NCBI GenBank assembly: GCA_951406725.2
Contig: OX597830.1
Location: forward strand, 21,886,001 to 21,950,000
Direction: 5' to 3'
DNA from: Octopus vulgaris
Lineage: Eukaryota
DNA: 64,000 bases
The position numbers and the translations under genes were made by a program. Below are positions 44,710 to 56,913 of this stretch, one piece after another. The notes under the pieces are model-generated. The model did not search any database, was not told the DNA's origin, and was given only the letters and a program-made list of their open reading frames with translations. Each line of letters begins with the position of its first letter. Position 1 is the first letter of the stretch.

Positions 44710-45685
44710 TGCTACATAAAAAGCGCTGGTGATGGTGCCACATTAAAAAGCGCTGGTGATGGTGTCACATTAAAAAGCGCTGGTGATGGTGCTACATTAA
44801 AAAGCGCTGGTGATGGTGCCACATTAAAAAGCCCTGGTGATGGTGCCACATTAAAAAGTGCTGGTGATGGTGCCACATTAAAAAGCGCTGGTGATGGTGC
44901 CTATTAAAAAGCCCTGGTGATGGTGCCACATTAAAAAGCGCTGGTGACGGTACCACATTAAAAAGCGCTGGTGACGGTACCACATTAAAAAGTACTGGTG
45001 ATGGTGCCACATTAAAAAGCGCTGGTGATGGTGCCACATTAAAAAGCGCTGGTGATAGTTCCACATTAAAAAGCGCTGGTGATAGTTCCACATTAAAAAG
45101 TACTGGTGATGGTGCCACATTAAAAAGCTCTGGTGATGGTGCCACATTAAAAAGCGCTGGTGATGGTGCCACATTAAAAAGTGCTGGTGATGGTGCCACA
45201 TTAAAAAGTGCTGGTGATGGTGTCACATTAAAGAGTGCTGGTGATGGTTCCACATTAAAAAGCGCTGGTGATCGTGCCACATTAAAAAGCGCTGGTGATG
45301 GTGCCACATTAAAAAGCGCTGGTGATGGTGCCACATTAAAAAGCGCTGGTGACGGTACCACATTAAAAAGCGCTGGTGACGGTACCACATTAAAAAGCGC
45401 TGGTGACGGTTCCACATTAAAAAGCGCTGGTGACGGTACCACATTAAAAAGCGCTGGTGACGGTGCCACATTAAAAAGCGCTGGTGACGGTACCACATTA
45501 AAAAGCGCTGGTGACGGTGCCACATTAAAGAGCGCTGGTGATGATGCCACATTAAAAAGTGCTGGTGATGGTACCACATTAAAAAGCGCTGGAGACGGTA
45601 CCACATTAAAAAGCGCTGGTGATGGTGCCACATTAAAGAGCGCTGGTGATGGTACCACATTAAAAAGTGCTGGTGCCACATAAAA
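44710..45685. repeat. 27-bp minisatellite, ~36 copies (GTGCCACATTAAAAAGCGCTGGTGATG)
   Basis: Head-to-tail units with no spacers. The array runs into a SINE/LINE-type tail beginning GTGCCATGTAAAAAAGCAC. Confidence 0.95.
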
Positions 45686-46118
45686 GCTGTTGTGAATGTG
45701 CCATGTAAAAAAGCACCCACTACACTCTGTAAAGGGGTTGGCATTAGGAAGATCATCCAGCTGTGCAAACCAACCCAAAACAGACTTTGGGATTTGGTGC
45801 AGCTCCTATCAAGCCATCCAACCCATGTCAGCATGGAAAATAGACGTTTGATGTTGCTGCTGGTGATATTGATGAAGGCATCACATTTATAAAGGGTGGC
45901 TATGAGTGGAAAGGATGAGAATAACATATGTAATGTTTGTGCTTTTATCAAGAGCATTATAAAGCAATTGTCAGAATGATGAACAAAATACTTTACAGCA
46001 TTTAGTCATTTTGGCTCTGTACATTCTGGGTTCAAGCCCTACTAAGGTCAGCTCTACTTCCCATTAATTCCAGTGCCAATAAAATAAAGACTCAATCAAG
46101 TACATTGATTTAATTATT

Positions 46119-46929
46119 AGGCAGCGAGCTGGCAGAATCGTTAGCACGCCGGGCGAAATGCGTAGCCGTATTTCATCTGCCATTATGTTCTGAGTTCAAA
46201 TTCCGCCGAGGTTAACTTTGCCTTTCATCCTTTCGGGGTCGATAAATTAAGTACCAGTTACGCACTGGGGTCGATTTAATTGACTTAATCCATTTGCCTG
46301 TCCTTGGTATGTCTTCTCTGTGTTTAGGCCCTTGTGGGTAGTAAAGAAATAGGTATTTGTCTGCCGTTACGTTCTGAGTTCAAATTCCGCTGGGGCCGAC
46401 TTTGCCTTTCATCTTTTCGGGGTCAATAAATTAAGTACCAGTTATGCACTGGGGTCGATGTAATTGACTTAATCCATTTGTCTGTCCTTGTTTGTCCTCT
46501 GTGTTTAGCCCCTTGTAGGTAGTAAAGAAATAGGTATTTTGTCTGCTGCTACATTCTGAGTTCAAATTCCGCTGGGGTTGACTTTGCCTTTCATCCTTTC
46601 GGGGTCGATAAATTAAGTACTAGTTATGCACTGGGGTCGAGGTATTCAACTTAATCCCTTTGTCCTTGTTTGTCCCCTCTATGTTTAGCCCCTTGTGGGC
46701 AATAAAGAAATAAGAAACATTAGCACACCGGGCAAAATGCTTAGCGGTATTTCGTCTGCCGTTATGTTCTGAGTTCAAATTCCGCCGAGGTTGATTTGCC
46801 TTTCATTCTTTCGGGGTCGAAAAATTAAGTACCAGTTACACACTGGGGTCAATCTAATTGACTTAATCCGTTTGTCTGTCCTTGTTTGTCCCCTTTATAT
46901 TTAGCCCCTTGTGGGCAATAAAGAAATAA
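46119..46929 (+). repeat. Tandem array of four SINE units (~180-230 bp each)
   Basis: GTTCTGAGTTCAAATTCCG...CTTTCATCCTTTCGGGGTC...AAAGAAATA occurs four times head-to-tail. Confidence 0.9.
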
Positions 46930-47158
46930 CATTGATTTAATTATCTGTACACCCTCTCAAATTTGTGACTTTATACTCCTATGTTAGAAATCAATATATT
47001 ATTTATGGGTGTCACAATTAGTGGGGCTCCAGAGAGAAGGCTTGCAATATTTAGTTGTATCCCTGTTTTATGATCAAATCCTTCCAAAATTGATTTTTGA
47101 CTTTTGTTCTTCTTGGGTTGATAAAAGGATTACCTGTGAAGTACTGGAGATGATTTAA

Positions 47159-47372
47159 CCCTGTGGCATTTAAACCAGCCATGCCCAACCCAAACAGTCT
47201 ACGTGTTCTATATTCAAGCCGGCCAGATCTAGCCTCTCACACCTACCCTACAATATCATTCTAAAAACAGTCACATCATTGAAATCTCAAAGCTACGAGA
47301 TAATGAATGATTAATTTAAAACAATGTAAATAAATTAGTATTACATTTGACAGATTAATCAGTGTTAAAGGG
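47159..47372. mobile_element. piggyBac-like MITE
   Basis: TTAA-CCCT...AGGG-TTAA termini. Confidence 0.6.
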
Positions 47373-47560
47373 TTAATTGAAAGTAATCTCACCAAATAAA
47401 TGTTTTTAAGGCCTTATGGTTAAAAAACAAGTTTACTTAACAACAATGGGGTTTCAAGTTTGATTCCATTTTGTTGTACTTTGGCTAAATATCTGCTGTT
47501 ATAGTTTCAGCTCAACCAGTGCCTTGTGAGTGAAATTTGCAAAAAGTAGACAAGTGCCCA

Positions 47561-47596
<36 letters not shown>

Positions 47597-47674
47597 ATTG
47601 ATAGAAATGGTAAGACAACAAAAGAATGAAAGATCTCAATATTATGTAAATAGAGGAATTTATCTGTAAATATA

Positions 47675-47852
47675 ATATGTGACAATTATTCGGTAGCCAT
47701 GATAAAACTCTGAGTTTCGGATATCGGAATGGAAACCCACACCACCATCTCCACAGTTATCAAGCCATCAATGGCCCAATAACTGAAGAGATGGCGGCAT
47801 GGGTTTCTGCCCCGACATCCGAAACTCAGTTTTATCATGGCTGAATAACTGT

Positions 47853-47859
<7 letters not shown>
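47675..47859. mobile_element. Palindromic element with a hammerhead-like motif in each arm
   Basis: Arms 47675-47760 and 47779-47859 are inverted. + strand: ATAA CTGAAGA GATG..CATC C GAAAC tcaGTT TTAT. The - strand arm has CTGTGGA...GAAAC tcaga GTT TTAT. Confidence 0.65.
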
Positions 47860-47901
<42 letters not shown>

Positions 47902-48150
47902 CAAATTTACAGAAAACATAAGATGTAGGAAGAACAAGCAGGTGTATTACTTTAACACTTGGGAAGACTGGAAACATCTTTTCCGTTTCAAGCCTATGCT
48001 CTTTGACAGAAAGGATTAAAAGGAATAAAAAAAGAAGAGAGAATGAAAAAAAAAAAAATCTGCATCATGATTTGAAATGTAAGATTTTTTTCTACACTGA
48101 TGATGGAGGCTCGATTTATCCTCTGTTTATTTGCTTCCACTCTCACCCAG

Positions 48151-48189
<39 letters not shown>

Positions 48190-49051
48190 TTGGAAAAGGA
48201 TGCGTAGCATTCAATCATATAATAATAATATAAATAATATATATATATATGCATCGTACTTCGTATTTTTTGTTGATTGTTTTGTCATGTCCTGTGCCCA
48301 CATATGCATATGTATATGCATATGTATATATATATATATGCATATGTATATATATATATATACATACATACATTGCCACCATGGAAAAACAAATGTTAAA
48401 TGATGATATATCTTTGTATGTTTGTGTCCCACATGACCAAAAAGTCCCAAAACTCAGTAGTTCCAACATACTAACTCCAGTGCAATAAAATGTACCTTAT
48501 TTGAAAACAAGTAAGGCATCAGGAAGGCTATCTCACCATTCTATGGTTAGATACCATAGAATTTTACCTCGAGAATTCTCACCCAATTCATGCCAGCATG
48601 GAAAAAAGGGGACATTAAAAGGGTTCTGGTGAAAATACTGATGACAGCAGCGGCTGTTGCTGCTGCAATATCAGGGAAGGGAATAGCTGGTAGTAATGAC
48701 GGTGTGTACGCCCCTGGGAGAAATCAATATTATTAAGTGTCAGTCATTAACATTTTTTCCTGTTATATTTCTATAAGGCGGCGAGCTGACAGAACCGTTA
48801 GCACACCAGGCGAAATGTGTAGCCGTATTTCGTCTGCCGTTACGTTCTGAGTTCAAATTCCGCCAAGGTCGACTTTGCCTTTCATCCTTTAGGGGTCAAT
48901 AAAATTAAGTACCAGTTACACACTGGGGTTGATGTAATCAACTTAATCCATTTGTCTGTCCTTGCTTGTCCCCTCTATATTTAGCCCCTTGTGGGTAATA
49001 AAGAAACATATAGTTATATTTCTTTTTTTTTTTCCAGGTGAGGCTATCACT

Positions 49052-50578
49052 ATGACAACCAGAGAGGAAGCTTCAGACATCCTCAAGTCTCACATCCCAG
49101 ATAACAAAGAGGATTTACTAGATCAAATACTTGACCGACAGTCACTTGATCCTGCCTTTGATCACCTTCTAAATAAATGTGTCGATAGCCTATACAATGG
49201 CCATTACTATGACTGCCTAGCACAGAGTTCCATCCTGCTGGACAGAATATGGGAAATGCTTAATAAGGGTCATTGGAAAACTGTATCCATGCATTGGCGT
49301 ATCTCATATTCAGTTGTCTCCCTTTGTAAAGCCTGTTCCCAGCTGGCCTTGTGGCTTACGTCAGACCAAGAGTCCAGCATTTCTGCCACTGATGTCCTTA
49401 AATCTTGTGATATGGGCTTACTGATGGGTTCACCTCTTGAAGGAAATAACTTAACAAATTTAGCCTCTTCTGTTCATAGATTGTTCTGTTCTACAAAACA
49501 AAACCAAGGAACGCAGAAATTAAGTAGAAATCAGCCGGCCATGTTATCTGTGGCTCCCGAAGAAGAAGAAGAAGGTAACGCCAACACTGTTATGGTGTCT
49601 CAGGATAAGAGATTAAATAGTGTTGATGAATCTGTTCACAACCATGCTGTAGAAAACTGCTTGGAAAAAGTCTCGACTAACAGATTGATCCTAGAAAAAC
49701 CTAGCGATGTTTGCAACAACATTGTGGACAAAACAAAGGAGATGGAGACTAATAGCATATTATCATCTTCATCGTTGAGAAGTGAGAATGGTGTGACATG
49801 TGTTAGAACTATTGAGAATAATAACAGTGAACCATTTCTGACCAAAGTCAGCACTTTCAACTTACCAATCACCAAAGTTAAATGTCCATCTTTAGAACAC
49901 TTCCATAAGAATTTCTACAACATGAATTGTCCAGTCATCATAACTAACGCCATTAACTACTGGCCGGCCATGAGCAGCCGGCCATGGAATTTAGATTACA
50001 TCAAAAGTGTTGCAGGCGCCCGTCTGGTTCCTGTTGAAATTGGCTCAAAGTACACTGAGGATTCTTGGAGCCAGAAATTAATGACAATCTCCAGTTTCAT
50101 TGATGAGTTTATCATCGATCCCAAACAAGGAACTGATAATGTTGGGTATTTAGCCCAGCACCAGCTTTTTGACCAAATCCAAGAACTGAGGAACGATATA
50201 AGTATTCCTATATATTGTTGTCTGGGAACGTGTGAAGATGTTGATGTAAACGCTTGGTTTGGACCGAAAGGAACAGTCTCGCCCCTACATAACGACCCTA
50301 AACATAATTTTCTGTGTCAAGTGTTTGGAAAGAAACTCATCCGCCTTTATTCCCCTCAAGACACTGAATCACTCTATCCGTATGACAGCCACCTTCTTGA
50401 CAACACAAGTCAAGTAGATGTGGAAAATCCAAACTTGGAGAAATTCCCATGTTTTAAAAACCTCAATTATAATGAATTTATATTAGAGCCGGGTGAAATG
50501 TTGTATCTTCCTCCGAAGTATTGGCATTTTGTAAAATCCCTGTCAGTTAGCTTTTCTGTTAGTTTTTGGTGGGAGTAA
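49052..50578 (+). CDS. KDM8: JmjC-domain protein JMJD5/KDM8 (Fe(II)/2-oxoglutarate oxygenase), 508 aa, coding region in one exon
   Basis: The N-terminal [11 protein letters not shown]...WR..Y and CDMGLLMG motifs are present, as are [48 protein letters not shown] and the terminal [18 protein letters not shown] polypyrimidine tract and CAG acceptor (AG 49036-37) precede the ATG. The first 30 aa of the tracked ORF come from SINE/intron sequence. Confidence 0.95.
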   Translation: MTTREEASDILKSHIPDNKEDLLDQILDRQSLDPAFDHLLNKCVDSLYNGHYYDCLAQSSILLDRIWEMLNKGHWKTVSMHWRISYSVVSLCKACSQLALWLTSDQESSISATDVLKSCDMGLLMGSPLEGNNLTNLASSVHRLFCSTKQNQGTQKLSRNQPAMLSVAPEEEEEGNANTVMVSQDKRLNSVDESVHNHAVENCLEKVSTNRLILEKPSDVCNNIVDKTKEMETNSILSSSSLRSENGVTCVRTIENNNSEPFLTKVSTFNLPITKVKCPSLEHFHKNFYNMNCPVIITNAINYWPAMSSRPWNLDYIKSVAGARLVPVEIGSKYTEDSWSQKLMTISSFIDEFIIDPKQGTDNVGYLAQHQLFDQIQELRNDISIPIYCCLGTCEDVDVNAWFGPKGTVSPLHNDPKHNFLCQVFGKKLIRLYSPQDTESLYPYDSHLLDNTSQVDVENPNLEKFPCFKNLNYNEFILEPGEMLYLPPKYWHFVKSLSVSFSVSFWWE

Positions 50579-50724
50579 GCTCACCGTCTCACCTCATGCA
50601 CATACGCACACACACATAATATGCTTGCTTCAACCATCTGAGTTGTAATGATAAGTACAGTACCTCAGAAGGTGTCTCTGGTTCTGTGTTGGTCAAGTCT
50701 GCAAGTGTTTGGTGATGTTTAGTC

Positions 50725-50970
50725 ATATCTAGTCCTGTATGGTTATATCCAGTGTCTGGTACAGCTCAAACTATGTCTGTCCATGCTTAGTTCCATTTGG
50801 CCGTGCATGGTCTCTCTGGTCTGAAGGAACTCTTCAGTATTTCTGGTCGTGTCTAGTTCTGTATGGTTATATACAGTGATTGTGTGGTACAACACAAACC
50901 ATCTCTGTCCATGCTTAGTTCTGTTTGGTCATAAATGAACTCGTTGGTCCGAAGAAATATTCCTCAGCAT
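50725..50970 (+). repeat. Diverged ~125-bp tandem duplication in the presumptive JMJD5 3' UTR
   Basis: TCTAGT.CTGTATGGTTATAT.CAGTG...TCTGTCCATGCTTAGTTC occurs twice. Confidence 0.75.
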
Positions 50971-53900
50971 CTATAATTCATCAATCGTGGAGAGAAAGGG
51001 GAAGAGAAAATACCAACCTAACAATTTCAACTCAACACCACCAAAATGGCCTTTATATCAAAATAGAAAAGAATGACATGAAATTTTTTGAAAAAAAAGT
51101 AATGATGATAAAAAGCAATGATATGAAGAACAAAAGAAATTCAAGTGTCATAACCGAGTCATTAAACTGCGCATTTATTTTTAATATTCCAGAAATATAT
51201 TGTGAGTTATAACCCTCCCACATGCTTTTCCTTGTGTAGCCTTAAAGCAATAATGCCATAACTACAATGCTTTCCTCAGGTCTAATCTAACCAGATTGTA
51301 AACTTAATCCATCATCTTCTTCAACATCACAATCTGGTGTCAAACCATCTGACCCTTGAGGTGCCTTCAGCAATGTCTATGTTGTAAGTAATCAAGTGAA
51401 GTCTCTTGTCTGAGGATAACTTCTTCCTTTTGTCCCACCAAATCCCAAATGACCCTGAAAAAGGGTCGTTGATGCTGCATTGCTTCTTCTGAATAATTCA
51501 TCAAGAATTTTAAAATAACAAAACACTGCTACTTGTTGTGCTGCCTGCTGCCCAGAAGTAATGGTTCCCCAATTACACAGCTCTTTACCTTTGTAAAAAC
51601 CAGCTCTACAGATGGATATCAAGCAACTTGTCCAAAGGTTCAAACAAAAGGAAACTCCAAGATGAAATATAACTGTCATAATCATAAAGGAAGGGTATGA
51701 ATGGAAAGGAGGAGAATAACGTATGTAATGTTTGTGTTTTTTTATCAAGAGCATTCTAAACCAATTGTCAGAATGATGGACAAAATGCCTTACAGTGTTT
51801 AGTAATTATGGCCCTGTACATTCTGGGTTCAAACCCTACCAAGGTCAGCTCTATTGTAGATCACTCAATCTCAATCATGCAGTGATAAGCACCACTTACA
51901 AAGTATACATTCTGGGTTCAAACCCTAATATCATCATTCTAATGTGGATCACTCAATCTCAATCTCACAGTGATAAGCGCAACTTACAAAGAGATAAACT
52001 GCTTACCCTCTGACAGGCTGAGTATGCAAGACTTTTTTTTTTTTTGTGGGGTATTTTTATTTTTTATTTTTATATTATTATTTTTTTTGCTGCTGAAGCT
52101 TTTTTTTTTTTCATTGGACCTTGACAATGAAAATGACATGAATGTCACATGAATGATCTCACTTCCTTTCTCCTAACATGCCTTGTGTCAAAGTACAAAA
52201 CTGCACTCAGTATTTAAATATTTAACACCTGTTCAACCCACACTGGCTTCTATTAACTGACAGAATAATTTTCAAGAAAAAAAAATTTTATGAATTGAAT
52301 AGTTAAATTATATTTATTTTATTTATTTATTTATTGGGGCAAAAATCTATAAACACGATGACCTCTCTACAAAACAGCTTTAGAACCTGATTCAGATTCC
52401 TGGTTGTAGCTGTTAATTCATTTCATTGACATTACTGATGTCGTTGGGAAGGGCCATGAATGAAGATCACTAAATCTCATTCCCTTGTTTCATCCTAAAA
52501 GTGTCAACTCATGTCCCCTGCTAAAAAGACAGAAACTCAATTAATATCTATTTGTCAGAATATATATATATATATATATATAATATCTATATCATATATT
52601 AAATAAATAAATAAATATACATTTATTATATATATATTATAGATATATAGAATTATATCATCATCGTTTAACGTCTGTGATGATATAATAATATATATAT
52701 CTATATATAATATATATATATATAAATAAATCTATATATATATATAAATCAATAAATATAAATAAATCTATATATAAATCAATAAATATAAATAAATCTA
52801 TATATATATAAATCAATAAATATAAATAAATCTATATATATATAAATCAATAAATATAAATAAATCTATATATATATAAATCAATAAATATAAATAAATC
52901 TCTATATATATATATCTATATATAATAAATGTATATCTATTTATTTATTTAATATATATATAGAGAGATTTATATTATATATATATGTATTAGAGATTTA
53001 TATATATATAGTTTTATATGTGTGTATGTATGTGATGTGTATATATATATATATGCACATACACCCCACACTGCCACAGAAATCTCATGCAAATATTTAA
53101 ATGTTGAAGATCTCATGCAACTGGAGACTGGGTGGGTGTGAGACAAACTTTTTTAAATAAAATTTATTTAAAAAATATAACTTTTATTTTTATTTCCAAT
53201 TTTTTAAAAAATGGAATTTTATCTCACAACATTTTGACTTTTTAATTACAAAACTGTATGTATTCTTGTTGTCTTTGTTGTTTTGCTGCTGTGTGTTCTA
53301 AGGAGGTTAATGACCAGACGTTCCAGTCATGACCCTCCCTACAAGCCCTGTCTTCTAGGACATTGCACACCTGGATCTGCATTATTTGTTGTCCCCTTTC
53401 TGTGTATGTCTGTGTGGTAAAGGAGTTCACTTCACAACTTCATAATTTCAGGTTCAATCCCTCTGCTCTGCTTCATGAATAAATATTATTTTTTTTTTTA
53501 CTGTAGTCTTTAAGAGTGAAATTTGATTAATGAAAACTGTGCAAAAAGCTTATTGAAGAGGTTGTTCCTGTTCTTGAAAGGTAGGCTTAATCCACTTGGC
53601 CCTTGGATTCAAGACTCCAGTGTGAGGACAACAATCCCACCCGTCTACTACCACCACCAGTCATGGAAGCCCTGAAACTTATCATGGCTGCTGTCCTTCA
53701 TCCACTGACTAAAATGTAAGGAGAGAAGATGAAGCTTATATGTGGCTTGATGGAAATCTAGTTGCTATTTCTAGCGGATTGAGTGACCTCTCAGAAACTT
53801 CTTAGTTAGTTCCTGCTTTGTATGTAGGTGAGTATGTGTGCGTGTATGTATATGTTGGTATTTTAAAATGATGGTTTCAGATCAACTGAATTCATAATCC

Positions 53901-54337
53901 AGTGATTGGTAGTTTACATGTCTCTCTGCTTACATTGATAATGTTTATTAAATAGAATGAAATTACCTTCCATTGTATTCCATTCCATTTTCATTGCACC
54001 TCTAGGGTAGATTTTTCAGGTACCTCCTGCACATGATCCTATCAGAATCAACTGTCATTAAACTTACCTGCTGAATTCTCAAACATGACCAACTAATACT
54101 ATGAATGGGCCCCCTTCGGTCATGAATGACCATGGGATTGCACCTGGAAAGTTCCCCTCCGAGGCACAAGTCCAGGCAAGGTTGTTTATAGAAGACCAGA
54201 GGTCGCCCATGCATACCATTCTCCCTTCTCCATGCTACTGATGTTATCCAAGGGAAAAGCTGATACAGCTTGGCACCAATGACGTTGCAGCTTATTTCTA
54301 CTGTTGAGTGAACTGGAGCAAAGTGAATTATATATAT

Positions 54338-54708
54338 AACAAGCACTATGATCCGGCAACGCCGGGTCATAGTGCTAGTGCATGCATATACAGCTGTGTG
54401 CATGCACACATACACGCGAGTACTGTCTAAATCTCCGACCAATCACATACAGCTAGCTGGCATTCAATTGGCGTATCAAGTTTTGGGCATTTTGATTGGG
54501 TTTTGGATAGAAAATTCACAAAAAAAAGTCACTTCTATTGATTTTTTAATGGCTTTGCAGGGTGACTGGAGAAATGTAAAGATGTGCACAACCACCCTTG
54601 GACGGTTTTGAATGACCATAGAAAGTGCGAGCCTTCTAACTGAAAAATTGTGGATTTGTATAAAGGACACACACACAGACAGACATTTTGCCGTTTATAT
54701 ATATAGAG
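54338..54708 (-). mobile_element. Probable non-autonomous Helitron with a long 3' hairpin
   Basis: The minus strand starts TCTATATATATAAAC. The other end is the palindrome AGCACTATGATCCGGC-AAC-GCCGGGTCATAGTGCT, ending CTTG/CTAG. Confidence 0.6.
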
Positions 54709-55182
54709 GTATATATATTTAAATAATGGGGATCAGTAGGTCTCCTTTGGTCATAAATGACTGGGATCGCACATAGGAAGTTCCTCTTCACAGCCAAGAA
54801 TTACCTAACAACATTTCAACTTCCAGCCTACAGATGCTGTTTCCATGAAGAGTTTCTCTCACTGGTGCTTTTTAAATACATTGTTGTTATGGATTACCCC
54901 ACCACCACCAAATTAGAGACTAGCTCTTCTGCTCGCTTGCATTCTTGCTCTATCCCTCTGACTGGTTAACTATGTGTCTCCTCTACAGCAACACACCCAT
55001 CACTGGCTTCAATCTTGATCACTCCATTCTCTTCCCTTCTCTTAGACCGGGTAACCATGTATCTCCATCACAGCAAGACACCTGTTTCTGTCTCTCTGTC
55101 ACACTTTAATCTTTCATCAACTGGTACAAGATCACCTTATTCAAAAGATCTTTGTCTTGCAAGTTACTTGGAGATCCTGCCA

Positions 55183-55223
<41 letters not shown>

Positions 55224-55554
55224 TGTGTGTCTCTGTTTGTCCCCCCCCCCCAACATCGCTTGACAGCTGATGCTGGTGTGTTTACGTCCCCGTAACTTAG
55301 CAGTTCGGCTAGAGAGAACGATAGAATAAGTACTAGGCTTACAAAGAATAAGTCCTGGGGGTCAATTTGTTTGACTAAAAGTGGTGCTCCAGCATGGCCG
55401 CAGTCAAATGACTGAAACAAGTAAATGAGTAACCTTCTACACCAATAAACCTTTATTATTCCTGGAAGCTGTTTTTTTTTTATACCTTCTATAGATTGCT
55501 CAAAGTTTACTATCTTCCTACACCTTGATTATTGGATCTTACCTTTACATACGT

Positions 55555-55588
<34 letters not shown>

Positions 55589-56558
55589 TATGTAGGCAAA
55601 AAAGTAGGATGTCTGCTACAAATCAAGTAATGAAAAACTGAAAACATGGAAATGCTCTCATCACCAGTCATGGAGACCAGACTCATCATAGTTTGAGGAC
55701 ATTTAAATTCACAAGGTTTTATATATATTCATATATACAAACACATACACAAAGTGCCAACAGAAATGGTGTAGGTATATTATTGGTTTCATATTTTGGC
55801 ACAAGGCCAGTAATTTCGTGTTAGGGAGTAAACCTATTACATCGAAACCCCCCCCCGTGTCCAACTCGTGCTTACTTTATCAACCCCGGAGGGATGAACA
55901 GCAAAGTTGACCTCAGTGGAATTAGAACTCAGAACATAAAGACAGGCCAAATTTCACTAAGCATTTTGCCCTGCATTCTAACGATTCTGCCAACTCACCA
56001 TGTGAGTGTATTGTTATTATTATTACTGTTAAGGTATTGAGCTGGCAGAATCGTTAGCATGCTGAGCAAAATGCTTAGTGGCATTTCATCTACCTTTACG
56101 TTCTGAGTTCAAATTCTGCCCAGGTCAACTTAACCTTTCGTCCTTTTGGGGTCAATAAATTAAGTACCAGTGAAACACTGGGGTTGATGTAATCGACTAC
56201 TCCCCTCCCGCAAAATTTCTGGCCTTGTGCCTATAGTAGAAAGGATTATTAGTATTATTGTTGTTATTATTACTGTTACGGCAGTGAGCTGGCAGAATCG
56301 TTAGCACACCAGGCAAAATGTTTAGCAGCATTTTATCCATCTGTCCTAAAGACATTGAGTTCAAATCCCACCGATGTCGACTTTACTTTTCATCCTTTTA
56401 GGGTCAATAAACTAAGTACCAGTTAAGTGCTGGGGTCGATGTAATCGACTAGTCCCCTCCCCCAAATTTTCAGGCCTTGTGCCTATAGTAGAAAGGATTA
56501 TTATTATTATTAAGGTGGTGAGCTGGCAAAATCGTTAGTAGGCTGGGCAAAATGCTTG

Positions 56559-56913
56559 ATAATACAGTTCCGTATTTGAGAGATGAGGAATTATATACGT
56601 TATTTGCATTTGATGGATGTTTGTCATCTTGTTTGTTGTTAACACATTTTGGCTCCAGCCTTCATCAGGTGTCCTGGAGGAATTTCGAACCTGGGTTCTC
56701 ATTCCTAAGGTATTTTTCCAACATTGTTATTATTATTATTATTATTATCATTCAGTGACCTGAATAATAACATCGGGAAAATACCTTAGGAATGAGAACC
56801 CAGGTTCGAAATTCCCTCAGAACACCTGAAGAAGGCTGGAGAGTATATCAGCCGAAACATTGTTAACAACAAACAAGACGAGGACAAATATCCATCAAAT
56901 GTAAATAATGTAA
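56559..56913. mobile_element. Palindromic hammerhead-bearing element (copy 1), inserted in a SINE with 10-bp TSD
   Basis: ~160-bp inverted arms centred near 56757. AAAATGCTTG at 56549-58 and 56914-23. CTGAAGA A GGCTG..CAGCC GAAAC at 56826-56858. Confidence 0.85.

Noticed and set aside
44710-45685. CRISPR array or 328-aa/244-aa repeat proteins
   Set aside because: Units are contiguous with no unique spacers and no cas genes are present. The ORFs follow from a 27-bp period lacking stops on one strand.
48962-49051. N-terminal 30 aa of the tracked 538-aa ORF
   Set aside because: It derives from a SINE tail and polypyrimidine tract upstream of a splice acceptor. The ATG at 49052 is preferred.
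51285-51754. 120-aa minus-strand ORF with a possible acceptor near 51606
   Set aside because: No recognisable domain, and its start overlaps a duplicated repeat. It cannot be supported without transcript data.
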